Shown: positions 13,660 to 26,815, counted from the first letter of the whole stretch. The stretch is DNA of 63,991 nucleotides, filler included, from Octopus bimaculoides (GCF_001194135.2; 6 parts of 5 records of this genome joined end to end with filler, not necessarily neighbours in it); one strand, 5' to 3'. Translations and numbers: made by a program. Notes: generated from the sequence alone by a model not told the origin.

Positions 13660-14325
13660 TACACTGGAATATTTGGTATTCATTTTAAGAAACAGTATTT
13701 TCATCCAACTATAAAAGAAAAAAACACAGAAATATACATATTGCTATTTTTCTATCGCCGGACAATTTGGAATGCTCTAGCTAGTATCTATACTTCTTAA
13801 ACTTTCATTAAGGAACATGCACCCATATTTTGTCTCTGTATAGATTAGCATCTTGATGCTTATTTACAGTAAATTGCACCCACCACCCATACAAAAAAGA
13901 AAGAGGACTCAGGTAAGCTGATCAGTATAATTTGATGATAGTTCATAGAATGATAACGTAGGCTAATTAATTCACGGCGCACTAAACTGTAAACAAAGTA
14001 TTTACACTAAAAAGTTTTATGTCTCACTGTGTAGAAAAAGTAGGATCAATCTGGTTAATTTCTAATCAACTTAGACCTCAATCATATCAAAGCGAAGCTG
14101 AACTTATATTGATTTAAAAAAAAAAAAACATGAGTAATTTACATAGTTGAGTTTCAAAGTATAAGCTATTAATCTCTCTTAGGTAAATGCATATACTTTC
14201 TGTGATGAAAACCTAAGGAGACTAGATTGTTCCCAAATTGATCCCACAGTTTTTAACATTGAAGCTGATTTATGTGTATTAAAACTCATATACCTTAACA
14301 GATGCATATATTAATATACATGTAT

Positions 14326-14360
<35 letters not shown>

Positions 14361-14699
14361 NNNNNNNNNNNNNNNNNNNNNNNNNNNNNNNNNNNNNNNN
14401 NNNNNNNNNNNNNNNNNNNNNNNNNNNNNNNNNNNNNNNNNNNNNNNNNNNNNNNNNNNNNNNNNNNNNNNNNNNNNNNNNNNNNNNNNNNNNNNNNNNN
14501 NNNNNNNNNNNNNNNNNNNNNNNNNNNNNNNNNNNNNNNNNNNNNNNNNNNNNNNNNNNNNNNNNNNNNNNNNNNNNNNNNNNNNNNNNTATATATATAT
14601 ATATATATGCATATACCTTAATATATGCAATATGTGTGTGTGTATGCAGGTTTATGCAGGTTTATGCAGGTTTATATAAGTTTAGGTGTTTGCATAATT

Positions 14700-15060
14700 A
14701 CGAGTGGAGGCAGAGGTATAAGTGGAGTATTGGGTGTGTCATTACTGTCAGTGTATCTATTGATGAGATCGATTGACATATACAAAAGCATGAACGAAAA
14801 CATTTTGTAACAAAAGTTGTGCAATATGTGTAAGCATTGGTAGCAGAAAATTAAAGTGTAAGGCTCATGAAAAGTTGAAAATTGGATGGTGGAGCAGAAA
14901 TTGTAATTTCAGGTACGCCTGGATTTCAACAGACACTAGGAAATGAAGAATGACTTCCAGCCGAAACGTTAGACTTCCTATACTTCGCATCAATAAATTT
15001 ATCATTGTACAAATTTTCCTTATACTGACATCATTCCATATATTAAATTGTTTTCCGTCT
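14700..15060 (+). mobile_element. Penelope-like element 3' remnant (degenerate GIY-YIG plus terminal repeat)
   Basis: VYLLMRSIDIYKSMNE resembles VYIGET.RSI..RIKEH; followed by TGAAGA..CAGCCGAAACGTT, typical of PLE terminal repeats. Confidence 0.45.
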
Positions 15061-15490
15061 AATTGTAAATTACTTATGAGGTTAAAGGAAAAAGAGGAAA
15101 ATTAGAAAAGAAAACAAAGAACAACGAAGGGATAACAAAGATACAGAAAGACATATAAACAGTAACAATTTCAAAACATTAAACACATACACATGCACAC
15201 TGTACTATACACAAACATACTATATAACAAACAAGAATAAATATTCACAAGTACGACAAAAGGCAAAGCTAAGATAAAACTGCACAACAGTTCGGGCAGA
15301 TAATATGAATATCTGTTTGACGAGATTAGTTTTGAAATGGTGGTAAGTCTGAGAAATTTTACGACCTTCATGAAAATATAATAAAGTAGCGTAGACGAAG
15401 ATTAGCTGTGAGACATCTTTCAAATTCGGGCTCTGACGTTTTCCCCAAAAGAAAAGACCATTGCAAATGTGTAGTGGACAAAATGCAGGA

Positions 15491-15491
<1 letters not shown>

Positions 15492-15558
<67 letters not shown>

Positions 15559-15580
15559 GTGTGTCTATCTGTCTGTCTGT

Positions 15581-15611
<31 letters not shown>

Positions 15612-15625
15612 TCTGTCTGTCTGGC
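15492..15625. repeat. (CTAT)n-(CTGT)n-(CTGG)n compound microsatellite
   Basis: Directly visible. Confidence 0.97.
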
Positions 15626-15669
15626 NNNNNNNNNNNNNNNNNNNNNNNNNNNNNNNNNNNNNNNNNNNN

Positions 15670-15681
15670 TTAATTAATTAA
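15670..15681. other. Assembly spacer TTAATTAATTAA inside 44N+12+44N (also 27503-27514, 48951-48962, 55322-55333, 61717-61728)
   Basis: The same palindromic 12-mer, with stops in all six frames, is centred in a 100-bp N block five times. Confidence 0.92.
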
Positions 15682-15826
15682 NNNNNNNNNNNNNNNNNNN
15701 NNNNNNNNNNNNNNNNNNNNNNNNNCACATACATACATATATATATATTTATATATACGTATATATATTGTATGTACATATACGTGAAGATAAATATATA
15801 TTGTATATATATAAATAAATACATAC

Positions 15827-15867
<41 letters not shown>

Positions 15868-15971
15868 CGTATGTATGTATGTATTTACACTCTATGTACG
15901 TATGTATGTATCTATACTCTACTGTTCTCTATGTTTGCATATATATTTCAGGACTCTTTAAAATGTCTGAT

Positions 15972-16004
<33 letters not shown>

Positions 16005-16436
16005 GTATGTTTGTATGTGTGTGTGTGTGTGTGTGTGTGTGCGTGCGTGCGTAGTGTGAAAAAGCCTGTCTAAAAACTGGCTACAAGTTTATTTATTTGT
16101 CTCTTCTTCAGACTTCTGAATCGCAGACGTGTCTCACAATGATGCATCATTAACCTTTGCAGGTCCTCAATTGATTTCATGTTGTTTGTTTCAACTACGA
16201 ATGACGTAGAAACCCAGTTGAACGGACTTTGTCTTCGTTTGGAGTGTACAAATCTCCAATGTACGACAGTCTATTTTCCGTCATGATAGCAGTGCACAAT
16301 AAACCCTTTCCTGCGTTCTGTAATGATTATGATGATGAATGGAACGTGAGCCTAAATCGTCACGTTGTTGTGCTCACGCCTTGAGATATTGTGAGCCCAA
16401 ACGGGGAGAGTGGTATATGAAGATACTAAATATTCT

Positions 16437-16653
16437 TTTCTACTCTAGGCACAAGGCCCGAAGTTTTGGGGGAGGGGACCGGTCGATTAGATTGACCCCA
16501 GTACGCAACTGGTAATTAATTTTTCGACCCCGAAAGGATGAAAGGCAAAATCGACCTCGGCGGAATTTGAACTCAGAACGTAAAGACAGACGAAATACCA
16601 CTAAGCATTTCGCCCGGCGTGCTAACGACTCTGCCAGCTCGCCGACTTAAAGA
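16437..16653 (-). mobile_element. tRNA-derived SINE family 1 with perfect 18-bp TSD
   Basis: GAAGATACTAAATATTCT at 16419-16436 and 16654-16671; body homologous to the other family-1 copies. Confidence 0.95.
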
Positions 16654-17810
16654 GAAGATACTAAATATTCTGTTTGCATACACATGCGATATAGACATTA
16701 GACATTCAATATTAACACTGGATTTGATTGGACTGTTTATGTTCAATTCACAGCAGGACGAAGGCCGTAGCACGTTTTCTCCACCAAGAGATCATGCTGG
16801 TTTGATGAGCCTACTCTGCCATACTGGTTTGATATGGCTTGGCAGAGAGGGGGAAGATTTTATACTCTTACACACACACACACAAACACACACACACATG
16901 AAAATGTTATATATTCTGTTTGTTTATAAATATTTATGAAGACACTAAACGTTTCACTATATAAAAAGGGATACGTCCACTTCAGACAGACAGGAGAAAT
17001 ATGCCGACATACGAACGCTAAAATCCTACGCAAAGCGAGAGGAGCATGGAAGCTATTTGCATACATTAAGCATATTCTCAAACACACAGACAGAAAGACA
17101 GACAGACAAAGAGAGAGAGACACACACACACACATATATTTATTTATATATATGTATATATGTTTATTTATATACGTTCGCATATTCCTATGTAAAATTA
17201 CGATAAACAAAAGCATGTATCAGTTTGTTCCCTAGACACCTTATGACTTGCAGCTTCAGCATTTGGATGTTCCAAATGTGGTTGAAGGTTTAACCACAAC
17301 GCAGCGTCAAGAGAACACTTTACTGTATCATGTTACACAGATCAAATGCATTTGATCTCAGCAACAAAAGGTTATAAAGCGATCCCCTATGATCCGTTTG
17401 TGGTTTAGCATTCAATTGCACATGTAAAATCCGATGTAGAGAATGCAGATAACCACAGTAGTGAAATGTATGTAAGGGGCAAAATATGCGTTTATCACGA
17501 TTTCCCCTCCATTTGCTCCATATCTCATAACCAGAAATACTGCTAAGCATATTATTACGCACGCCACTTTACTGGAATGAAAATAGTCCGCGAAGAGCTC
17601 TAAACTCACCAACGGCAGTCGAACGTTTAACTGAGCACAAACGATATGTTACATACATACATATGTGTGTGTCTGTATGTGTATATGTGCATGTATGTGT
17701 GTGTGTGTGTGTATACACGCGCACATATACATGTATGTAATTACATTTATGCCGTATGAACTATACATATACACATACATAATACATACATACATACATA
17801 CATATATATA

Positions 17811-17995
17811 TTCTTTTATTCTTTTACTTGTTTCAGTCATTTGACTGCAGCCATGCTGGAGCACCGCTTTTAGTCGAGCAAATCGATCCCAGGACTTATT
17901 CTTTCTAAGCTTAGGACTTATTCTATCGGTTCCTTACCAGCATCAGTTGTCAAGCGACGTTGGGGAACAAACACAGACACACAAACATATACACA
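17811..17995 (-). mobile_element. SINE family 2 (bipartite, internal microsatellite), 3' half
   Basis: TTGTTTCAGTCATTTGACTGCAGCCATGCTGGAGCACCGC.. is the reverse complement of the tail at 52680-52879. Confidence 0.9.
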
Positions 17996-18007
17996 CATAT
18001 ACATAGG

Positions 18008-18039
<32 letters not shown>

Positions 18040-18949
18040 NNNNNNNNNNNNNNNNNNNNNNNNNNNNNNNNNNNNNNNNNNNNNNNNNNNNNNNNNNNNN
18101 NNNNNNNNNNNNNNNNNNNNNNNNNNNNNNNNNNNNNNNNNNNNNNNNNNNNNNNNNNNNNNNNNNNNNNNNNNNNNNNNNNNNNNNNNNNNNNNNNNNN
18201 NNNNNNNNNNNNNNNNNNNNNNNNNNNNNNNNNNNNNNNNNNNNNNNNNNNNNNNNNNNNNNNNNNNNNNNNNNNNNNNNNNNNNNNNNNNNNNNNNNNN
18301 NNNNNNNNNNNNNNNNNNNNNNNNNNNNNNNNNNNNNNNNNNNNNNNNNNNNNNNNNNNNNNNNNNNNNNNNNNNNNNNNNNNNNNNNNNNNNNNNNNNN
18401 NNNNNNNNNNNNNNNNNNNNNNNNNNNNNNNNNNNNNNNNNNNNNNNNNNNNNNNNNNNNNNNNNNNNNNNNNNNNNNNNNNNNNNNNNNNNNNNNNNNN
18501 NNNNNNNNNNNNNNNNNNNNNNNNNNNNNNNNNNNNNNNNNNNNNNNNNNNNNNNNNNNNNNNNNNNNNNNNNNNNNNNNNNNNNNNNNNNNNNNNNNNN
18601 NNNNNNNNNNNNNNNNNNNNNNNNNNNNNNNNNNNNNNNNNNNNNNNNNNNNNNNNNNNNNNNNNNNNNNNNNNNNNNNNNNNNNNNNNNNNNNNNNNNN
18701 NNNNNNNNNNNNNNNNNNNNNNNNNNNNNNNNNNNNNNNNNNNNNNNNNNNNNNNNNNNNNNNNNNNNNNNNNNNNNNNNNNNNNNNNNNNNNNNNNNNN
18801 NNNNNNNNNNNNNNNNNNNNNNNNNNNNNNNNNNNNNNNNNNNNNNNNNNNNNNNNNNNNNNNNNNNNNNNNNNNNNNNNNNNNNNNNNNNNNNNNNNNN
18901 NNNNNNNNNNNNNNNNNNNNNNNNNNNNNNNNNNNNNNNNNNNNNNNNN

Positions 18950-18987
<38 letters not shown>

Positions 18988-18988
<1 letters not shown>

Positions 18989-19190
18989 CTGTGTTTGTCC
19001 CCCACCATCATTTGACAACCGATGTTGGTGTGTCTACGTCACCGTAACATAGCGGTTCGACAAATGAGACCGATAGGATAAGTACTGGGCTTACAAAGAG
19101 TAAGTCCTGGGGTTGATTTGTTCGACTAAAGGCAGTGCTCCAGTATGGCCGCAGTCAAATGACTGAAACTAGTAAAGGAATAAAAGAATA
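18988..19190 (+). mobile_element. SINE family 2, 3' half
   Basis: GTGTTTGTCCCC..GGCCGCAGTCAAATGACTGAAAC..AATAAAAGAA, same family as 52680. Confidence 0.9.
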
Positions 19191-20634
19191 TATATATGTA
19201 TGTATGTATGTATATATACACGTACAAATATGTATGTATATATATATGTCTATATATATATAAGGTATGTACATATATGTATGGATATATGCATATATTT
19301 ATATGTTATTTATATTATTATATGATCGAACGCCACGCATCCTTTTCCAAGTAAGTTTTATCTTAATAATTACGATGCGCACTCTTCTTCTATCTCTTCT
19401 CTGTCTGTCTCTCTGTCTCTCTTGTTCTTCATCCTTTCTGTTTTTCTCTCCCACCCTTTCCCAATTCTTCTCTCCCTTTCAACGTTCCCTCTCTCTCTCA
19501 CTCTTCCTCCCTGACTCTCTCGTCGCTGACAGGTGACGAAAGGGGATCTCTCTTTTTGTCCACTTCCTTCCTAAAGAAAAGACGTGCTTTTTTCTGTCTC
19601 TTCTCGCATGGCTTGTCTACCTAGCGTTCATAATAATTTTTCTATCGTCTTGGCTCAACAGCCCTGACCGTTTGTTTTTAGTGTCTTGTTCTCACTGTCC
19701 TGTTCTTGTTAACACTTTCACCCTCCACAAAAAATCCCAAATGTGCGGAAAGGACTTTTTCAACGAAGTCGCGTATTGTCCTTACCTTCGAAATGCGGAG
19801 TAGATGAAACAGGGACAACTGATGAAGGGGTATACTCTTTATGTTGCATGTCTCGTTTCTCTGTTTGTTTTTTTTTCGTTGTTCGAAAAAGAGTTCGTTT
19901 TCTACGTTTTCGTTTCTCATTGTGTTTAACGTTTTTTTTTNNNNNNNNNNNNNNNNNNNNNNNNNNNNNNNNNNNNNNNNNNNNNNNNNNNNNNNNNNNN
20001 NNNNNNNNNNNNNNNNNNNNNNNNNNNNNNNNNNNNNNNNNNNNNNNNNNNNNNNNNNNNNNNNNNNNNNNNNNNNNNNNNNNNNNNNNNNNNNNNNNNN
20101 NNNNNNNNNNNNNNNNNNNNNNNNNNNNNNNNNNNNNNNNNNNNNNNNNNNNNNNNNNNNNNNNNNNNNNNNNNNNNNNNNNNNNNNNNNNNNNNNNNNN
20201 NNNNNNNNNNNNNNNNNNNNNNNNNNNNNNNNNNNNNNNNNNNNNNNNNNNNNNNNNNNNNNNNNNNNNNNNNNNNNNNNNNNNNNNNNNNNNNNNNNNN
20301 NNNNNNNNNNNNNNNNNNNNNNNNNNNNNNNNNNNNNNNNNNNNNNNNNNNNNNNNNNNNNNNNNNNNNNNNNNNNNNNNNNNNNNNNNNNNNNNNNNNN
20401 NNNNNNNNNNNNNNNNNNNNNNNNNNNNNNNNNNNNNNNNNNNNNNNNNNNNNNNNNNNNNNNNNNNNNNNNNNNNNNNNNNNNNNNNNNNNNNNNNNNN
20501 NNNNNNNNNNNNNNNNNNNNNNNNNNNNNNNNNNNNNNNNNNNNNNNNNNNNNNNNNNNNNNNNNNNNNNNNNNNNNNNNNNNNNNNNNNNNNNNNNNNN
20601 NNNNNNNNNNNNNNNNNNNNNNNNNNNNNNNNNN

Positions 20635-20862
<228 letters not shown>

Positions 20863-20929
20863 CTTAAGCATGAATACTACTTCAAACAATTGTAACAACA
20901 GTATTTCATTTATTTGCCAGAGGGGTCAA

Positions 20930-21120
20930 AAAGGAAGACGAAGACAAGGAAGAAGAAAAGAAGTGGAGAAGGAAGAGGAGGAGGGGTGGAAGAGGAAAAG
21001 GAGGAGGGACGAGGACGAGGACGAGGAGAAGGAGGAGGTGGAAGAAGGGGTAGAAGAGTAGGTGGAGGAGGAGGTGGAAGAAGAAGAAGAAAAGAAGAAG
21101 ATAAAGAAGAAGAAGTGGCT
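20930..21120. repeat. Purine-rich (GAA/GAG/GGA)n low-complexity tract
   Basis: Directly visible; source of the E/R/G-rich pseudo-ORFs. Confidence 0.92.
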
Positions 21121-21651
21121 TCAATGCATAGCTCTAGTTAAACAATGCTGCCCAAACATCGACCATTGCTAATAAAAGCTTTCTATAAACGGATTAGTAA
21201 AGACATTTGAAGGCATGCATTTTAGTGTGTGTGTGCTTGCATCTGTGTCTGTTTGAGCGTGAGCGCGTGCGTACGTGTGCGTGCGCATGCGTTCGTGTGT
21301 GTGTGTATGCGTATGTGTGTGTGTGTGTATCTGTGAGTACGTATGTGTCTGTGTGTCGGTTCGTATAAAATGCCTGTGTGCCAGCGTTTTCATGTAAGCA
21401 ATCAGACACAGCATTGTTTTTGCCAATGAACGTTGAATGTAGGTGTGTCCATGAGGCGGCACATCCATGCATATATAAAGTGTATTTGTGTGACAATATG
21501 CATGTTTACGAATAAATAAATATATGACTAAAACAAAAAAGGGGGCAAGGAGCATGTTTGATACCTCCGTCCCAGTTTTTCCCATTTTTCTATTGTTTAT
21601 ACACACTAATTACCGATAAAACCCATCCTCACTTTCCTTCAATCTCATGTC

Positions 21652-23233
21652 TGTGTGTGAATAAGTACAGATAAATGCATGTACAATTATATATATATAT
21701 ATATATCTTTACATATGCACATACATGTATATATATGTATGTATGTATATATATATGTACGTATGCATACAAATGTANNNNNNNNNNNNNNNNNNNNNNN
21801 NNNNNNNNNNNNNNNNNNNNNNNNNNNNNNNNNNNNNNNNNNNNNNNNNNNNNNNNNNNNNNNNNNNNNNNNNNNNNNNNNNNNNNNNNNNNNNNNNNNN
21901 NNNNNNNNNNNNNNNNNNNNNNNNNNNNNNNNNNNNNNNNNNNNNNNNNNNNNNNNNNNNNNNNNNNNNNNNNNNNNNNNNNNNNNNNNNNNNNNNNNNN
22001 NNNNNNNNNNNNNNNNNNNNNNNNNNNNNNNNNNNNNNNNNNNNNNNNNNNNNNNNNNNNNNNNNNNNNNNNNNNNNNNNNNNNNNNNNNNNNNNNNNNN
22101 NNNNNNNNNNNNNNNNNNNNNNNNNNNNNNNNNNNNNNNNNNNNNNNNNNNNNNNNNNNNNNNNNNNNNNNNNNNNNNNNNNNNNNNNNNNNNNNNNNNN
22201 NNNNNNNNNNNNNNNNNNNNNGAACGTATATACATACATGTACACATATATATGCATATACTCATATATTGTTTATATATAGATATAGATATAGATATAT
22301 ATATATATATATATATATGCATATATAAATATATGTATATAAATTTACTTCTAATATAGGATAAAAGTTTTTTAGAAATTTCATCAAGTGGCCAGCATAA
22401 ATTCTTTAACTTGCTTTCCTCGATTCAGCACGATGTATATTTATAGTGATGTATATTGTGTGTGATAATTGATGATTTAAAGTCTATTTCTCAGCACATT
22501 GGCATAGAAATCTTTTTCTTTTGCCCTTATTTATAAATTGTTTATATATGTATATATGTATGTATGCATACGCACGGACACACACACAAACATACACATA
22601 CATATACATACATATGTATACACACACGTACACACACACACATACTCTTTTACTCTTTTATTTGTTTCAGTCATTTGACTGCGGCCATGNNNNNNNNNNG
22701 TGTGTGAATAAGTACAGATAAATGCATGTACAATTATATATATATATATATATCTTTACATATGCACATACATGTATATATATGTATGTATGTATATATA
22801 TATGTACGTATGCATACAAATGTATGTATGCGAAGTTTCGGCCTGCACGCTGTTGTCAAAGTGCCTCCCGATGGTGAGCAAACAGGGATTTCGAAGTGGC
22901 TCTTAACCTTGTCCTTATACTATGCTAAAAGAGATTGAGCAATCTTTTAGTTTAAAATACACACACTCACACACAAACACACACACACAAGCACACGCCG
23001 GAGTTTTAATGGTGGCAGCTGATGAAGGGGATGTTTCTATGTGGCCTGCTTGTTTGTTGCACCTTGTTTACCATTTTGTCCTTGTTCTTTTGCCACGTCA
23101 TGTACCCAGTTATGTATCTATATGTACATGTAGATGAACGTATATACATACATGTACACATATATATGCATATACTCATATATTGTTTATATATAGATAT
23201 AGATATAGATATATATATATATATATATATATA
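21652..23233. repeat. Duplicated gap-flanking segments (21652-21776 = 22700-22824; 22222-22318 = 23136-23233)
   Basis: Essentially identical sequence appears twice around N gaps. Confidence 0.85.
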
Positions 23234-24599
23234 NNNNNNNNNNNNNNNNNNNNNNNNNNNNNNNNNNNNNNNNNNNNNNNNNNNNNNNNNNNNNNNNNNN
23301 NNNNNNNNNNNNNNNNNNNNNNNNNNNNNNNNNNNNNNNNNNNNNNNNNNNNNNNNNNNNNNNNNNNNNNNNNNNNNNNNNNNNNNNNNNNNNNNNNNNN
23401 NNNNNNNNNNNNNNNNNNNNNNNNNNNNNNNNNNNNNNNNNNNNNNNNNNNNNNNNNNNNNNNNNNNNNNNNNNNNNNNNNNNNNNNNNNNNNNNNNNNN
23501 NNNNNNNNNNNNNNNNNNNNNNNNNNNNNNNNNNNNNNNNNNNNNNNNNNNNNNNNNNNNNNNNNNNNNNNNNNNNNNNNNNNNNNNNNNNNNNNNNNNN
23601 NNNNNNNNNNNNNNNNNNNNNNNNNNNNNNNNNNNNNNNNNNNNNNNNNNNNNNNNNNNNNNNNNNNNNNNNNNNNNNNNNNNNNNNNNNNNNNNNNNNN
23701 NNNNNNNNNNNNNNNNNNNNNNNNNNNNNNNNNNNNNNNNNNNNNNNNNNNNNNNNNNNNNNNNNNNNNNNNNNNNNNNNNNNNNNNNNNNNNNNNNNNN
23801 NNNNNNNNNNNNNNNNNNNNNNNNNNNNNNNNNNNNNNNNNNNNNNNNNNNNNNNNNNNNNNNNNNNNNNNNNNNNNNNNNNNNNNNNNNNNNNNNNNNN
23901 NNNNNNNNNNNNNNNNNNNNNNNNNNNNNNNNNNNNNNNNNNNNNNNNNNNNNNNNNNNNNNNNNNNNNNNNNNNNNNNNNNNNNNNNNNNNNNNNNNNN
24001 NNNNNNNNNNNNNNNNNNNNNNNNNNNNNNNNNNNNNNNNNNNNNNNNNATGCATATGTATGTATGTGTTGTTGCCTATGTTATAATAATAAAATAATAT
24101 TACAAAAGCCTTAGAATGCCTTTAGTAAATTTGAAGAGGTACACCAGCGCAAGATGAAACACTCTAAATCGAAGTCCGTTCGTGTGAAATCATTTTAGTC
24201 TCTTTAATCCTTCCTGTCCGGCCAGCCATGATCTTTCTTTCTTGGCCTGACTGCCGACCGCCAACACCTCTTATGTCCATCTCCTATTCTCCACGCCAGC
24301 TCAATTTCATTCGTTTTCAGTCGAAAGACACCTGTTGGTATTCCCTTGTTGTTTGTATACGTAATTGTCTACCATGTTCTCCGTCTTTTGTCTTTGTTGT
24401 CGTACACATTCACTAGCTTTCTTTCAAAGGGGTCTTAACTTAGAATATTTTGGGGCAACCTGAACTGTCCGAAATGGTCGTGACATCTGGTATTTAACTG
24501 ATGAAAGAAGGTCACGAATGACCCGTTTCTCTTGTCCGCCTTCGTATCGTCTATCTGTCCGAATGTTTCTATTGTCCTCTGTTGCGTTTTTGTTCCATT

Positions 24600-24795
24600 T
24601 TTATATTTATATGTGTGTGCAAACCTTTTTGTATTTTCTCTCTCTTTTTATTTCTGTATTCCTTTCTGTTGAAGAGCGTAGGCTCGAAATGTAAAAGACT
24701 TTCTCACTTCCCGAGCGTTAAACTAATACATCTGTTTGTTGTTTACACACACGTCTTCGTCTTTTGTTTCGTTTGTTTTTTGTAAATTCCAACTA
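24600..24795 (+). mobile_element. Penelope-like terminal repeat (second copy 60495-60670)
   Basis: Shared CTTTCTGTTGAAGAGCGTAGGCTCGAAATGTAAAA..TAAACTAATACA..GTCTTCGTCTTTTG; the CTGnnGA-hairpin-GAAA layout is typical of PLE repeats. Confidence 0.6.
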
Positions 24796-25158
24796 TATAT
24801 ATATATATATATATATATACATTGTTGCTTATTTTTGGTAGTTTTTTTTTTACTTATTTACTCCCTCGAAGCGTGTGGCATTAATACACAGTTAATGCCC
24901 TTTATATATAATTAATTATATATATATATATATATATATAGAAAGAGAGAGAGAGAGAGATGTGTGTGTACGTATATTTAAATTTACTATATATATGTAT
25001 AACAGTGATACACACATATGCATAAATATACACATACGTGCACACAAGGTGTATATATATATATACACACATACATATATATATACATATATATATATAC
25101 ATGCATATATACATACATGCATTATATACACACACTCACACACACACATATATACATA

Positions 25159-25190
<32 letters not shown>

Positions 25191-25699
25191 CATGCATTAT
25201 ACACACACACAAACACACACACACACACACGCTTATAGGTATCTAGGTTTGTTTTCGAGTGTTGATACACTCGAAGACGCCTGAAAAGCATTTCTCTGTA
25301 TTCAGTTGTCTGTCTGTCTGTCTATCTGCCTATCTGTTTGTCTGTTGGCGGTAGGTGTCTGTGTTGGGGTCGGGTTGTTATTTTAAGAAGCCGGAACTCA
25401 GATATGTCTTATAATGCCAAACTGTTATTCTTTCCGGAATCTCGAGTATTCTCTCTACAACACAAACTTTGGCAACATCCAGTTATTTTCAGAAAAAACG
25501 TTCGAGTATTTACAGATCAGCGAATGTGTAACGTATGCGTTCTGGGTTGCACTACATTATTAAAGCAATCACAGGTACCCATGTCAGTTTTGTGTGATAT
25601 ATAGTTTATAACCTACAGCTAATCAGCGCAATAAGTCATGTAAAAGTTATGTATCGTAACACACTGTGTCTCCGCTGCTCGAAAGAATTATATGTATTG

Positions 25700-26148
25700 T
25701 TTTCGGCCATGCTGGGGCACCACCTTTAAGGGTTTTTGTCGAACAAAAGCTTAGAACTTATTCTATCGATCTCTTTTGCAGAACCGCTAGCTTAGATGAC
25801 GTAAACATACCAATACGGGCTGTCAAGCAGTGAAGGGGGACAAACACAGACACAAAGACACACACACACGTAGATACACACACACGTAGATACACACACA
25901 CGTAGATACACACACACGTAGATAATACACACATATTATATATATATATANNNNNNNNNNNNNNNNNNNNNNNNNNNNNNNNNNNNNNNNNNNNNNNNNN
26001 NNNNNNNNNNNNNNNNNNNNNNNNNNNNNNNNNNNNNNNNNNNNNNNNNNNNNNNNNNNNNNNNNNNNNNNNNNNNNNNNNNNNNNNNNNNNNNNNNNNN
26101 NNNNNNNNNNNNNNNNNNNNNNNNNNNNNNNNNNNNNNNNNNNNNNNN

Positions 26149-26183
<35 letters not shown>

Positions 26184-26266
26184 CATATACATCGGGCTTC
26201 TTTCAGTTTCCGTCCACCAAGTCCACTCACAAGGCTTTGGCCGACCCAAGTAAAAGACACTTGTCC
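25700..26266 (-). mobile_element. SINE family 2 with internal microsatellite/gap, head truncated
   Basis: Both the tail half (25700-25860) and the body half GGGCTTCTTTCAGTTTCCGTCCACCAAG (26193-26266) are present. Confidence 0.88.
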
Positions 26267-26471
26267 GCTTATATATGAAGTGTATGTTTACTTCGGATAG
26301 TATTTAAAATCGTATAGTTGTCCGTCATTTCAATGACTCCGAGGAAGCTTTAGGCAGTTGTACAAGCACTCAGCTGCAAGTGCACTGCTTCTTACAGCAG
26401 AAACATCTCTGAACTAATGCAGCTGATAACTGAGTCTTGACCTTTTATTATTTAATAATTAGTAATATGTG

Positions 26472-26505
<34 letters not shown>

Positions 26506-26523
26506 CTTATTATAACGAAGTTA

Positions 26524-26815
26524 CTCGTCGTCAATTATGTAGTATCACCAATTGTTATGACGATACTTGTTTTGTACACTATAACCGTGTAGTAACGATA
26601 AAACATATAACGAAGCAAGGTAACAACATAACAATCCAACAAACTCTCCACGGACTATACACGGACCAACAAACGCTCTTTCGACAAACTACCAAAACGA
26701 CACCTTACGACTTCCTGCGACTAACGCCTACTCTCTCGTCTCTCACTCAGACTGCTACTATTTATAGTCGTTCGGTCAAGTCTCTTCACGCAGGTGCTGC
26801 CATGACTCTCGCCAC

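Noticed and set aside
20914-21141. G/R/E-rich ORF as an RGG protein
   Set aside because: It is a simple purine-rich repeat with no splice or start context.
22832-22865. GGCCGAAAC on the minus strand as a Penelope-type ribozyme remnant
   Set aside because: No CUGANGA core; it falls inside a copy-A coding-like piece.
24497-24526. CTGATGA followed by the hairpin GGTCA-CGAA-TGACC as a hammerhead
   Set aside because: No GAAA follows the stem, and the region is better explained as part of copy A on the other strand.
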